From Ostrea edulis (taxonomy: Eukaryota), in contig NC_079166.1 in assembly GCF_947568905.1 (NCBI RefSeq), positions 9,982,001-10,046,000 of the forward strand: DNA of 64,000 bases, in the 5' to 3' direction. The notes under the pieces were generated by a model that was given only the letters and a program-made list of their open reading frames with translations, was not told the DNA's origin and did not search any database. The first letter of the stretch is position 1, and each line of letters opens with the position of its first letter. Shown here in pieces: positions 1 through 12,409 of the stretch. Made by a program: the position numbers and the translations under genes.

Positions 1-2
1 TA

Positions 3-1013
3 AAGGACCTATCAAAGAAGTATGTGCCCATTGATGATGCTGGGGAAATAGTTGAGGAAGTGTTTTTTGGAGGCAAGTAAAAATTAATAGGGGAACATTT
101 CAAGAGGAACATCAACAGCAGGGCTCAAAATTAACATATGCTTATCACTGACTGGATAAAAGTCTGGCAGACTGATTGACATTTGTTTTAGTAAGTCCGA
201 TGGGACTGGTTAATTTTCTAAAACGTCATTTTGAAAAACTTGTTTAAACTCTGCTTTTGGCATTCCTCTATAGACATCAGACAAACCTGATTAGTGTTGC
301 AAAATTGTCCAAGGCACAGAGTTAAATCCCATGATTTTATTTGAATAACATTAACGAAATATCTTTAATTATATCTGGAAAACCCTGGTGGACTGGTAAA
401 ATTTTCTGCAGACTTGTTTAAAATAAATCGTATCAGTCTGGCTAAACTGGTGATATGAAAAGTTAGTTTCAAGCCCTGATTGCAGTTATATAGATTTGTT
501 AGAATTATTGTGATTTTTATTTGAAATGAAATATTGAAAAAGATAGTGAAGAGTAACTCATGTAGTGTTTTTTTTCCACTTTAAAGGAGACAGATTGACT
601 GATGAGAGAATACAGAGTGCCCAAGAAGCTATGACCAATAATGAAAATCCATTGGATAGGTTTGAAGGATTCATTTCCAAAATTGAAGATTTTCATCGGC
701 TCATGAACTTCCTCGAGGTAAATTAAGTCAAACAGTTTCTTATGTGCACTTAAAAATAAAAGATATAACAGATATTTATCAACTAAGATTTCCTTTTTCA
801 TAAAGTGAGGTTCACTTTTTAGCTCACTTGCTGTCCATCGTCTGTCTGTAAACTTTCACATTTGTGACTTCTCCAGAACCACTGGGCCAATTTCAACTAA
901 AACTTGGCATAAAGCATCAAATTTATTCAACTGAATTGCAACTGAGTTGCAACATCCTTGTCCAAGGGGAGATAATAGCAAAATTACATTAACAAGTTTT
1001 AAAAATCTTCTCT

Positions 1014-1051
<38 letters not shown>

Positions 1052-2604
1052 ACATCCTTGGGTGAAGGGGATTCAAGTTCATTCAAATGAAGGGTCATGC
1101 CCCCTTCAAAGGGGAGATAATCACAAAAATAGGGTGGGGTCATTCAAAATTCTTCACAAGAACCAATGGACCAGAAAAGTTAACATTACATGTAAGCTTC
1201 CCGACATAATGGAGATTCGAGTTTCTTAACATCATAATCCCCAGGGGTAAGATGGGACCACAATATAGATCACAATTTTACATGCGAATATGCAAGGTTA
1301 CTAAAGTGAGCGATATGATCCATGGGCCTCCTTTGTTCACATGATATCAGGTGAGCGATGTGGTATGATCTTGTTAATAATGTTGAACTTGATATGAATA
1401 TAGGTAAAAATAAACCAATTATTTTTTTTTTCAGGCAATTGTGTTGCAAACATACAGCACCCAGTCAGCAAATGACAGAGGAACAGTGTATTATTATAAG
1501 AACATATTAAATGCACGCAATGTGAAGGGGAAAGTAAAGAACTCTTACAGAGGATATAAAATGCTATACCGTACTATATTTGATGCTATGTGTTGTGCAT
1601 TTTTCTTGAAAGAGTTTGGACTTCTTAACTTAACAGAGAGCATACCACTGCCTGATGAATTCTCCAAATGGACAGGAGAGGAAAAAATACAGTGGATGAA
1701 TAACATATGTGAACGAATTGTGAACAAGTGGTTTTTTGGAGACAGTGACTTGTTTGAAGAGTTGCGACAAGTATTGTCTGATCCAGATCATGAAGAAAAT
1801 TATTGGTTCGGGAACTTTAAAGATGGTCGCTTTTCCTGCCACTACTGTGAAAAAACTTACTGTCATATCAAAAGTGCAGAATTTCATGAAAAAGAAGTCC
1901 ATGGCCATTCCAAACCAGCATTACGAAAAAGTAAACAAGCAAACCTATTGCAAGATGAACTTTTTGATTATTTGATAGCCCTTTTCCGTCTGTCAGCATT
2001 ACATCGAAATCTTGATACGGCAGTGGATATGGCTGATGGCTATAGATCTATTCGCTCAGCTAAGTACGAGACCCCGCTGTACAACAAGACCCACAAAACA
2101 AAATATCTTATCGGCAGCATCCATTTAACAGGCCTCGTATCAGGAACCTTGCCGCCTCCTCAAACAGAGAGACTTATTGCAAATCGCTGTATAAATTTGT
2201 CAGGTGGGAAGAACTCGAACATGGCACTAGATGAGTATGTAGAACTAGTCAACAGAGATACAAAAAACACTTGTTCTGGATTCCAAACAAAGGAGAGTAT
2301 AATTGCGCACTCGAAACAATTTCCTCTTTTAATCAAAGCTGTGAAAAATTTGGACATGATTAATGATGTACATAGAAGAAAAGGATTCCACAACATACCT
2401 TCATATAAATCTGATGTTCGGAAGATTGTACAAGACCTTTTTGACATCGATGGTTTTTCCCAACATAAAGGACGCAAGCTCAAGTGCAGAGAACTAGTCC
2501 AGAAAAGCAATCCATTTGCAGACAGTTATAAACAGTTGGTGAACATGATATACAGACATAAACCTTTACTTCCATTCCGTCGATTAAGGAATAAACAACT
2601 ATAA
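3..2604 (+). CDS. DUF6589-like / Academ-type DDE transposase, 5'-partial, exons <3-72, 587-717, 1435-2604 (456 aa visible)
   Basis: The splice chain keeps frame: GGAG|GCAAGT (GC donor) to aag|GAGACAGA, then GAG|GTAAAT to tcag|GCAATT. It gives FFGGDRLTDERIQSAQ...EDFHRLMNFLE-AIVLQTYSTQSANDRGTVYYYKNILNARNV and later DEYVELVNR, matching the GDxLT / xxFH / S..D.GT / N..D..E..NR motifs I recall for DUF6589. Includes a C2H2 finger, CHYC-x12-H-x4-H. No stops or frameshifts. Confidence 0.8.
816..1337 (+). mobile_element. Helentron-type non-autonomous element (HINE-like, oyster satellite-type internal units) in transposase intron 2
   Basis: Starts tttttagctcac, has a (g/c)tctgtctg microsatellite, internal repeated ctccagaaccactgggccaatttcaaccaaacttggc units, and ends catgggcctcctttgtt. 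Related copies lie at 20950-21290 and 37640-38418. Confidence 0.7.
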
Positions 2605-3234
2605 TGATGTGATTGTTTATCTACCTGGTACATGAGACATAAAATCAAATTAAATATTATGGAGGATTATCGCCAAGACTTGTCCAATGTACATGCACAC
2701 ATATACAATGTACAGTAATTAAATTTTCAAATGGAATAAACATGGATTTAATCAATAACATCTTTGATAACTTACAATATTTGAAGATCCAACTTGGTGT
2801 TGGCCATATTTTTAAAAAAAAAATAAAAATCAAATTTTGATTACTCATTGCTGTTGGTCTTTGTTTGTCGTCGTGCGTCATCCATTAACAATTTTACATT
2901 TGTAACTACTTCTTAAAAACTACAATGCCAATTGTTACCATTTTTGCCCCAGACTTGATCAACCCAAAGAAAACGGGTCCCAGAAAAAATGTGTTGTTTA
3001 CTGTTTCTTCACAAATCCCAACATTACTCTGTAATTTATATATGCTTCAATTCATTCTGGTACACATAATTATAATTAGTATCATGCAGAAGAAAACAGG
3101 ACATTGTCTTTTAGAGACTGATAAAACAGTTTTGTATCTGATCATTAGATAACTGTTGCATTGTTATGAAACTGTAAACAATACAATTTTTACTTAAAAA
3201 ATAAACACTAACAAGTTTTGTGTAAATTTGAACC

Positions 3235-4538
3235 TTAAGTTGATTTAATATCATCAAGATCCTCATCAGATTCATACTCATATGATACAGTATCACTGTC
3301 ACTGCTTGAGGTTTCCATTACATGTACATCATCTAAAGACAGATTTGTCATATATTTTTCTAAAATTGTCGAAGAACATGAATTACAGGAACATCCTGTA
3401 TCACAAATGTCACAACAAGTATGTATTCTGGTACCTTGTACCAGCTTTAACTCGCTCTCCGAAAGAAATGTCTTGAGCAGTTGCAATCTTCGGCAATCAG
3501 TTGAAGTGAGGAAGTCTTTGACGTCCTGGTCAACATTCCGTAGTTGTTGACCATAATACATCAAAAAGGCACATGATTGTTCCCCATCCCTTCCCACTCG
3601 CCCTGTTTCCTGGACAAAGTCTATCAAACACCTAGGAGGTCCATAAATCATAACATTGTGACATGCATAAACATTTACACCCATTCCCAGTGCACTGGTA
3701 GCAACAATAATGCGCAAAACACTGTCCTCAGTCAATTTTTCAAGGGTTTTCTTTTTTTTATCTTCTGTTGTTTCAGAATGAAACATTTCAACCATGTTTT
3801 CAATGTTAGTAACATCTGATAGTTCAGACACTATGAAGTTGTACACACGCCCAACATCTCTTATTGAGTTGCAATAAAATATTGTCCGTGGGAACTCCTT
3901 TTTTAAATCTCGAAATGAGTCCAAAATCCACAACAAAGAACTTTCAATGTTAGGGTCTACTTTCTTCACAATGTACTTGATGTTTTCTTTATTTGGGGAA
4001 ACTGTAATGTTCGTGTAGTCCTTCAGTCCCAAAACTTCTATCACCCTCTTTTTAATTGTCTTTGTGCAAGTCGCGCTTAGTGCTAATAATGATGCCTCAG
4101 GAAAGTACGATCGGATCTCTCCAACACGCCGAAACCACTTTCGGAACACTTTATCCTCCTTATCTGCTTCTAGACCACCCCTAAATTTGATAATAAAGGT
4201 TATGAATAAGAATCTAAATTAAAACCATTTAAACATGTTTTAAAAATTTTAACTACCAACATTCCTTCCACTTTTTCAAAAAAATGGGTTGCAGTACACT
4301 AAGCAACAGTTTTTAATGATGTTTAAAATTATTTTTACATATTCTAAATTCAAGACATCCAAGTATGTCTATAAAAATCAAACAAAATATGAGAGTTAAG
4401 ATAATTATAGTTTAGGGAATTTACAATGCTGATAGTTGGTTGGGGAATATGATTACATATTTTGCATAAAGACCTAAGACACCTTTGGAGCAAAATATTG
4501 TGTCAATGATGTGTGAGCAATTTGTTCGTCAATAAATG

Positions 4539-4569
<31 letters not shown>

Positions 4570-5468
4570 AATATCAATATATTGATGGAAAAAATAGCAC
4601 TGACAGTATACAATATCTCATTTGATTTATTAACTCAGGTTGTTTTAAAGAACTCTCATAAATGTAAAATACATGAATAGGAAGACATTACCATGTGACA
4701 ACTGTGTGGAATTCATCAACTACGATGACAGTTACATTAAGTCTTTGTATTGTTGATCTCCATTGGCTGTCTCCAACTAATGACTCGGGGGATGCATAGA
4801 TGATGTCTACTTTTCCTGCCTGTATCAATTCATCGGTCTCCTTGTCTGTGCCTGGAGCATTCAAGAGTGACTGTGTTTATAAATTCTTAACATTTCCAAC
4901 ACAATATTTAAAGAATGAAATGATAACTATAAATGAACCAGTTCAACAGTGAACTTGGAATCAAATTTGCAGTGCAACATATAGTGGATAACACATTTCA
5001 CGCAAGAATTTCTTATGTATTGTTAACGGTCTACTGCTTGTCAGAAGCATATATAAGTATGATGACTATCCATTATTATTTAGATGATCCTTAGTGAACT
5101 TCGATTTAAGACCGGCCATGAGACCCAATTTCAATTAAATTATATAAATATAAACGAATAAATATATACATACCTTTAAAAGCAGCAGTTACTAATCCTA
5201 TGGAAGTTAATTTTCTGACTTGGTCTTGCATAAGAGACACCAGAGGACAGCAAACAATTACTTTCCCGAAGCTATCATCACGGAGTAAAGCTCTCTTCAC
5301 TGGCAAATACGCTTGAAATGGGAGCGATTTTCCAAAACCTGTTGGTAACACGGCGACACAGTCTTTTTTATCAAGCACGCAGTCCAAAATCATCCGCTGT
5401 TCATCCTTTAAACACTTAACGCCAAATTTTTTCAAAACTTCTTCCACTACTCGTTCAATATCCGCCAT
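3235..5468 (-). CDS. RecQ-like SF2 helicase, 466 aa, exons 5468-5174, 4851-4692, 4180-3235
   Basis: GT-AG introns join in phase (295+160+946 = 1401 nt). Motifs: LPTGFGKS (I), PLVSLMQDQV (Ia), VVDEFH (II), W..FRKWF aromatic loop, LSAT (III), IFYCNS (IV), ATSALGMGVN (V), QETGRVGRDG (VI), and an RQC zinc region (CRR...CCDIC) followed by an acidic tail. No room for winged-helix or HRDC domains. Confidence 0.9.
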
Positions 5469-5744
5469 TTTTGTTTATACACCGCGCTTCATTTGAAACG
5501 CGTTATCTGATTGGATCAAATTATGATGCAATATGCAAATACAAAGTTCACCAGAACATGACCTCTTATGGGGAGTTATCAGATCCTATATATATAATAA
5601 TATAGGTCTGTACTTTAGTCAGATTGGTATGTATATATCCGAACATCAATTAAAAATGTATAATAGTGAGATAAATGGATATACATGTATATTGAATGTA
5701 GTAAGGAGATAGAGAAAACGAGAGACAGAAAAAAATCAAAATAG

Positions 5745-8436
5745 TTACCCTCCTAAAATCCAGTAATTAAATCCAGGTTCCGCCGCTACATTTTCATTTG
5801 ATTTCTTCCTTTCAACAGCGTCATAGCACTCTGGGTCTACGATGAAACATTGAGGTCATACAATTCAACATTAAATCATTTTATCTATATTTAATATATG
5901 TATATAGTGTAAACAAAATTTAGAAAACTCGGTTACATCTCAGTTACAAATCGGGAATTAACGACCACTTTTATTGTTGTACTGAAGAGCACAATACCGT
6001 TTTACTTAAGTAGAAATACAAATGTATGTTACCCTATCAAGCTTGGGTCATGTAGAACATAAAGTGTTTTCATGTTTATTTATGAAGAGTATTGCATGTA
6101 TGCAAGCTGTTGTAAGAATTTCCCGAAATATTTAATGTCTACGAAAAGGCTTGTTTGTGTCAAGAGGTGATAAGGATTAGAGAAAGATACAGTTCTTCTG
6201 AAGAGATATTATAGTGCGAAATAGCAGACACCATACATCTTTGTTTGTTTTTTGGTTATGGGTATGCTTGATGTGAACAACAGTGAAAGGGAGTATAACC
6301 CCTGTCACAAGCTAAGTTGCTCAACTTTGGCGATTAGATAATTAGATAAAGGCACTTTGTATTGTACTCTGGATATTATCCCTTTCGTCAGTATTTTGTA
6401 AACGACATACATTTTTAAACATCGATAAAGTATTGGTATGAATCAATATATCGATATAACACACAACTGATCGCGAGGTACCGACGGGGAGAGGCAATTT
6501 TCTCCTCTGGGTACTTTCAACTTGAATTGAATTTTGTAACCAAAATTGGTATTAGATAAATGTCATGGGATCCATTTGTCCAACGCATTGCAAATATGTG
6601 TACATATAAAATAACAATGCTTAGCTGACACAATTAATTTGGAGTGACTTCGAAAGAAATAAGCCTTTTTTAAAAATTCATTCTTGAAGATCTAAAAAAG
6701 GACTTGCATTTTTTTGGACAAATGTCTTTATCAAACCAGTGTGTAATTTGGATACCCTATAGTGGGAGTCACAATGTACAATGAAAGGTGGAGATAACGA
6801 ACAGTGATCAATCTCATAACTCCTATACGCAATACAAAATAGAGAGTTGGGCAAACACGGACCCTTAGATATACCAGAGATGAGATCAAGTGTCTAGCAG
6901 GATACTTTCTCTATTACATTTATCTGCATATTAAGTGAACCCAAACGTTTGAAAGGTCTGTAATTTCAACTGATTGATATATGGGAGAGGCTTACTCCTC
7001 CTAGCCACCTGATCCCACATCTGGTATGTTTAGGGGTGCGTGTTTGCCCAACTTTGTATCTTTTATACTTTCTAGGAGTTATGAAATTAATCACTGTTTG
7101 TTATCGTCACTTTTAATGGAACAAATACAGTGTATATATCATATTGAAAGCCGAAAAAAAAAATTCAAAATTAAAAGTAGAGTGATTTTCATGCCATCAA
7201 TTTTACAAAACACTTCTATAGCAATGTTCAAACCAAACTAATATACAACATACATTTGTATGCATCGGTGGACAGGTAGTAATTTGGGGGACATTCCATG
7301 CATCTTGCGTTTTGATGGTTGCTACGTTGGATTGGTCTATCCCCTTTATTAATCTCAGCACACTTGCGACCTGACAAGTAGTAAAACGTTATAATAAAAA
7401 ATACCATAAACATTTTAAGCAGTAATATGTTTGCGTGTTATCAAAGTTTCATATACTAAGTTTTAATCAACGTTACCAATTATAAGAACTTCAGGTGCAC
7501 ACGTCTCTATTGTGGCATTCATGTGTGGACTGACAACGCAGTGGTAAGTAGTTTTACTACACCACGACGTCCACTTCTCACACTCTTTTAACTGTTTTCT
7601 CTTCTCATGCTGATCTTTATCCCGAGGACAGTCTGGGACTTCTACTGCAGTAGTGTGTGCGATGCGAGCACACTTATTTTCCTTCTATGATAAAACAAAT
7701 CCGCAAATCATAGTCAAAATTCAAAAAGATCAGATAAATATAGTTGTCGATAATCAGAGGACAACTTCTGTGAAAGAAAAACCTCAGAACATCCAAAAAC
7801 GACTGGGCTTTTATGCCATTATAAACATATATTGCTTCAAATGAAACTTGGCGTTAATCATATCTTGTGATCAGTCATCCCATAAGCACGAGTTTTATTC
7901 CAAACAAAAGTACTCTGAAGTTGACATTAAACAGATGCTGGACTTTCTTATTGACACTATCTACGTGGTCTTTTGTGATCAGGTCTTAAAGTCGTCATTT
8001 ATCACATTCTATGGTAGTTATAATGTTCTAATTTGCAAATGCAACTTAGCTGTCATTAGATAGAATACTGTCTAATGGGTTTCATACCAGATATTATAAA
8101 ATTTGAGGGTTTGTCTCCCAACACTAACTCGAAACTCTGTTACATGTATCAAGAAACGCCTTAACACGCATTACACTTTGCAGTCAACCACACGCTGTGA
8201 TTAGCCTATTTGACTGGTTGAAATTCATCAGAATGATATAGTATCCTTCAGTTTTAACTATTGATAATGTTAAGAGAAAGACAGAGTTATTTAAGATATT
8301 GAACAGTGCACGTAAAGATTTTATCTGTTACAGAAAATAAACACATATTATTCTAGAGCCTCAGAATAAAACAACTTACCTTCCCACAACCTACGATTAA
8401 CATGCATGTGAGGACCAGTGGTATTGAAAAGTGCAT
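5745..8436 (-). CDS. Cysteine-rich secreted protein (bivalve expanded uncharacterised family), 157 aa, exons 8436-8380, 7684-7477, 7370-7254, 5836-5745
   Basis: In-phase GT-AG chain: signal peptide MHFSIPLVLTCMLIVGCGK, then KENKC...CPRDK...C...C...YHCVV...ETCAPEVLIIG, RKCAEIN...C..CPPNYYLSTDAYK and YPECYDAV. The last exon runs into a MITE-like end and stops. Paralog of 42450-49853. Confidence 0.75.
6783..7115. mobile_element. Two short Penelope-like 3' end fragments in opposite orientation
   Basis: Contain gaaaggtggagataacgaacagtgatcaatctcataactcc (minus) and cacctgatcccacatctgg...ggagttatgaaattaatcactgtttgttatc (plus), the same tail as the 40330-40950 element. Confidence 0.7.
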
Positions 8437-8694
8437 CTTGTTATCACCTAAAACAAACAAAATAATTCACGAATCAGCTTTTAAAAATCCAAAAATTAAA
8501 AGTTGCAGCCACACTACTATAGTATCGGGCATATTCGGTAAGCCATTGTACATGTAATACAACACATTTAATATACATGTAGCTTCATTGACTATCCGGT
8601 TTTCGAAAACGATACACATTTCTAGCATGTTCTCGTATACGAATATTTGAGGCCTATACTCCAAATCAAAAATTAAAATTGTATATAGAGTTCA

Positions 8695-8900
8695 TGGCGG
8701 GCGTAACCGGTCGACAGGGATGTTAACTCCTCTTAGGCACCTGATCCCACCTCTGGTGTGTCCAGGGGTCCGTGTTTGCCTAACTATCTAGTTTGTATTG
8801 CTTTTAGGAGTTATGAGATTGGTCACTGTTTGTTACCTTCACTTTTCATTGCTTATAGGAGTTATGACATTAATCACTGTTCGTTATCTTCACCTTTCAT
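8695..8900 (+). mobile_element. Penelope-like 3' end fragment with duplicated tail
   Basis: ggcgggcgtaaccggtcgacaggg...ccacctctggtgtgtccaggggtccgtgtttgc; the terminal ~50 bp occurs twice. Confidence 0.7.
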
Positions 8901-9864
8901 ATATACAGTAACTGATATATATTTTTCAGTAGACATTCCTCGAACAATATTGTGTTAAAGAATCATTTCCTAAACATACATTTACATTCGTTAATGGATG
9001 CAATACATGATTTCATTTCTCGATGGAGGTACTGTTGCGCAAATGTGATATATTATAGATGATTCACAAATAAGTAGAGAGTTTGAAACATTGCTTACTT
9101 ACAAACTGAAACAACTTACTTTTATCATTATCATATCATTGTTTTTAGAATATATAAGCGCAAATACTGCAATATCACAATGTATATAAATATTAAAATT
9201 CTGCTTTTCTGATATTCCATATACAATGGATGGTAAGTAGTATGTTTTTTTCTATTAACCTGAACTTTGATTTATATTCAATAGAAGTACATTAATATAT
9301 TACCACTTGATGGAGATTTTAGCACTTTATTTATGATATAGCCGGTGGCATTTGAAATAGCATTACCTCCATCAAATTTGGTAATTTTAACCGTATAACG
9401 ATTTTAAATCAGTATTTGGGTCTAAATTCTTCATTCTCAATTCATAAATTTCGCAATTTTGGTAGGGACACACTTTACTAAATAATCTCCATCCATTTTA
9501 TCAACTATGTCAAAATTCACTAGACATATAGGTCACGTAACGCGACGCCTAAATCAAAAATTCACAATATTGGTAGATGTCATCTATACTTCTTTAAACA
9601 ATATGCTCATGGAGGTAGAAGACATGATTTATGAAGTTTTAAAACAACAGGTTGTTTCATTAAGAATAATAATGAACCAGGTTCTCTAAATGTATGAAAA
9701 AAGTTTACTGTTGAATATTTCAGAGTGCAGTTCTCCTTTGTAAATATAAGTTCTGGGAATTAGGGATGTAAATCATGCACATTTTTAAATTAATATTTGT
9801 GTTGGGTTATATTAAAACACCATCACTGCATATAGGTGCTATTCCGATTTTAAGTCTTATATTA

Positions 9865-10025
9865 ACCCAGTAGCTAAGTACTTCGTCACTGGCTTGAAAA
9901 TATGGATGCATATTTAATTGCTGTTATAAAATTTAGAAATTCATTTCAAAATTAAGGATTATCCCCCTCACGCATTGCTCTTATCCTTAGACGAATTTGA
10001 CTTCACTTTTTTGGCACACTGTTAT
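9865..10025 (+). mobile_element. Fragment of the hammerhead-carrying dispersed repeat family
   Basis: cccagtagctaagtacttcgtcactggcttgaaaata...aattaaggattat is nearly identical to 32385-32510 and 52223-52380. Confidence 0.7.
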
Positions 10026-10029
10026 TCCC

Positions 10030-10900
10030 TTAAGGATATGAGGAACGATGATCACGTGATGGTTGCGAATTTATTATAGAGGGCGAAGCCCTCTCACGGC
10101 CCGAAGGGCCGTGAGAGCGGAGCTCTCCCTATAGGTAACACGTATATACATGTTTAAAAGGGAAATATAGGAAAATAATGAAAAATTAAACCATACCCTA
10201 AGGAACTTGGAAAGTTTGGTACCAATGGCGTCGATTCGAATATTAGCGCGTGGACATATATTCCTCCATTTTGAATCTCGTCTACCCTAGTTCACGTCGT
10301 TCTGAGATGTTACATAAAATCAGTAAAAGCATGTAAATCTTATTTTCTTAATCACATATAATCACTCCACGATTAAGTTTTTTGTTGTGGTTCAAACGCT
10401 ATGTTTGTAAATTTGCTAAATAACGACGCTGAATATGACGTCACAATGTACTGTTTACATCAATTGCGTTATATTTCCCGCGTTCAATATAAAGGCGGAT
10501 CAAATGTCCAAAATTAGGATGCTTTGATACAGCTCGGTCCTCGTGCTAACTTCGGTTTGTTTTTGTCCTGTTTAGGATATAGATACTAATGCCAAACCTT
10601 TCTTGCTTCGCCCTCAAACACGGTCATGCCGTAAAACATATTAAATTTAGAATAGGACGCAGCATAGTTAAAGCTTCCCGAGAAAAATCACAATGCTGTA
10701 CAGACACACTATATGACGTCATGATAAAACAGTACGTCACGACGTTGTATCGCGGGGAAAATGTCATCATATTTTTTCGTAATTTGCTACCGCTGTCAAG
10801 TGTCATGTGTAAATCTATTGATTGAATTCTTGTCAAATGATAATTTTTTATTTTATTTCATAGTGATTACAAGTCTCTTTTTCATATACATTGCATATAT
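10030..10900. repeat. Unclassified dispersed repeat with terminal hairpin cluster; relative at 54860-55130 in opposite orientation
   Basis: The reverse complement of 10760-10810 (ttgacagcggtagcaaattacgaaaaaatatgatgacattttcc) matches 54911-54958 (ttgacagcggtgataaataacgaaacaatactttgacatttcc). tgacgtca-rich blocks are shared. Confidence 0.5.
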
Positions 10901-12409
10901 TATTTATATGTATAGTATGCGCCACAGTAATTTTGATAGTATAGCCTATATAAGTCACCGAACCGTCTGTAAGAAATGATTTAGTGCAAGTGTAAGATGA
11001 TGATCGTTTGTTGATATTTACTATAGTAGTGTGAAAGTAGAACTGGACACACATTTCTCCGAATCTTGCTTGGGAAACGTACGAACTATTTAGGTGCTTT
11101 TATAATCGATCCTTGTTTGCGAAAAATACCCCCCCCCCCCTTATGATGACAATCGTTACTTTTGGTAAAATATTAACGTCCATTCTAGGAATGTTTAATT
11201 TTTGCAAGCATTTTCATGTAAAAATAAGTACGCTTTATCTCTCAAACTATTTCATATTCCAAATTATTTTACTAACTTTACGAAACACTGCTGCGGAAAT
11301 GGTAACTAACGTTAAAAATATGACACATGTCGGAATGTATGCGAGAAGCAGACGTGTGAAAAAGAAAAAGGTGCAAAGTCAAAATATGTGCGATACATAA
11401 ATACCTTGAAAAATAACATGGAGAATATCGAGTCAAGCGACATTAGCTACCATGGCCGCGGAAATGATGTTGATCTTGTAAAGGAAGTAGTAGCTCATAT
11501 TGACGTTAACTAGACCTAACCCGTGGTTTGAAAGAAGACGTATTGTTTAGAGCTAGACTAGACGTTTTGTTCGAAGCCATGTTTAATATATAAATGTATA
11601 TTTAAAAACATTAATTTTAATTTGTTTTCATTAACTCAATTTTTGTTCCATAATTATGAAAATTCTAAATATTTCAATAGGTTCAAAACAAATATAGTTT
11701 TTAACAATGTATTCCAAAACAGGCACGAAGAATTAGGCTATCCCCCCCCCCCCCCCCCCAATGAATTGAGACCGTCCCATCCCCCATTACTTTTAACAGT
11801 AGTTGTACATGAAAAGAATATATAAGCTTAAAAGTTATTAATAACAAATAGTTCGCCAAGCCTAACCCCAAGTGAACATATCAATGTATAACTTCAAGGA
11901 CGCCTACCTCAAAATCAAGATTACCTTCACCCCTTCATATTTCTACAGGAAGTCAGGTATATGAATAGCTTTTGATTGCAGTGTTTGCAAAAAATTTCAT
12001 TGACAAGTTTTTGAGCAGTGCTTCATTTAGTATCTGGACTACCCTGTTTTTGAGTATCAATTTCCACCCCAAATCCTTAAATTTTCCCAATTTCTTATTA
12101 TATGGTTATGTTTAAGCATGTTATTATCATATATTTTATTTTTTGCATATATTCTAAAGATTATTGTAAAAGATATAGATAAAAATTCATTAATTTTTTT
12201 TTTTTTGAATTGAAAATCGGAATGATCTTGAAACATTCACAATTTTCGAAAAGGGGGGTAATTCAAAGCTTGTTATCTCCCTTGTATACCTAGAAAGTGG
12301 CCATGAAATTTATACACATTGTACAGGACATCCTGATGGTGCTTCATGAAAAAAAGAAAAAATATTCACTGACGAGTTATTTTTGGCCACATCGTCCCGC
12401 ATGTCCCTA

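Larger units (their letters stand above)
1..5588. mobile_element. AcademH-like DNA transposon (transposase + RecQ-like helicase), left part outside the window
   Basis: A DUF6589-like gene and a compact RecQ-like helicase are arranged tail to tail, the gene pair that defines AcademH. A candidate terminus reads 5'-TAGGATCTGATAACTCCCC on the minus strand from 5588, followed outside by TA-rich sequence; Academ ends start with TAG as I recall. The left TIR and TSD are not visible. Confidence 0.7.

Noticed and set aside
5106-5468. Stand-alone 120-aa ORF, or host RECQL/WRN/BLM ortholog
   Set aside because: It is exon 1 of the three-exon helicase. The protein lacks the extra domains of cellular RecQs and sits in a transposon-like context, so no gene symbol is assigned.
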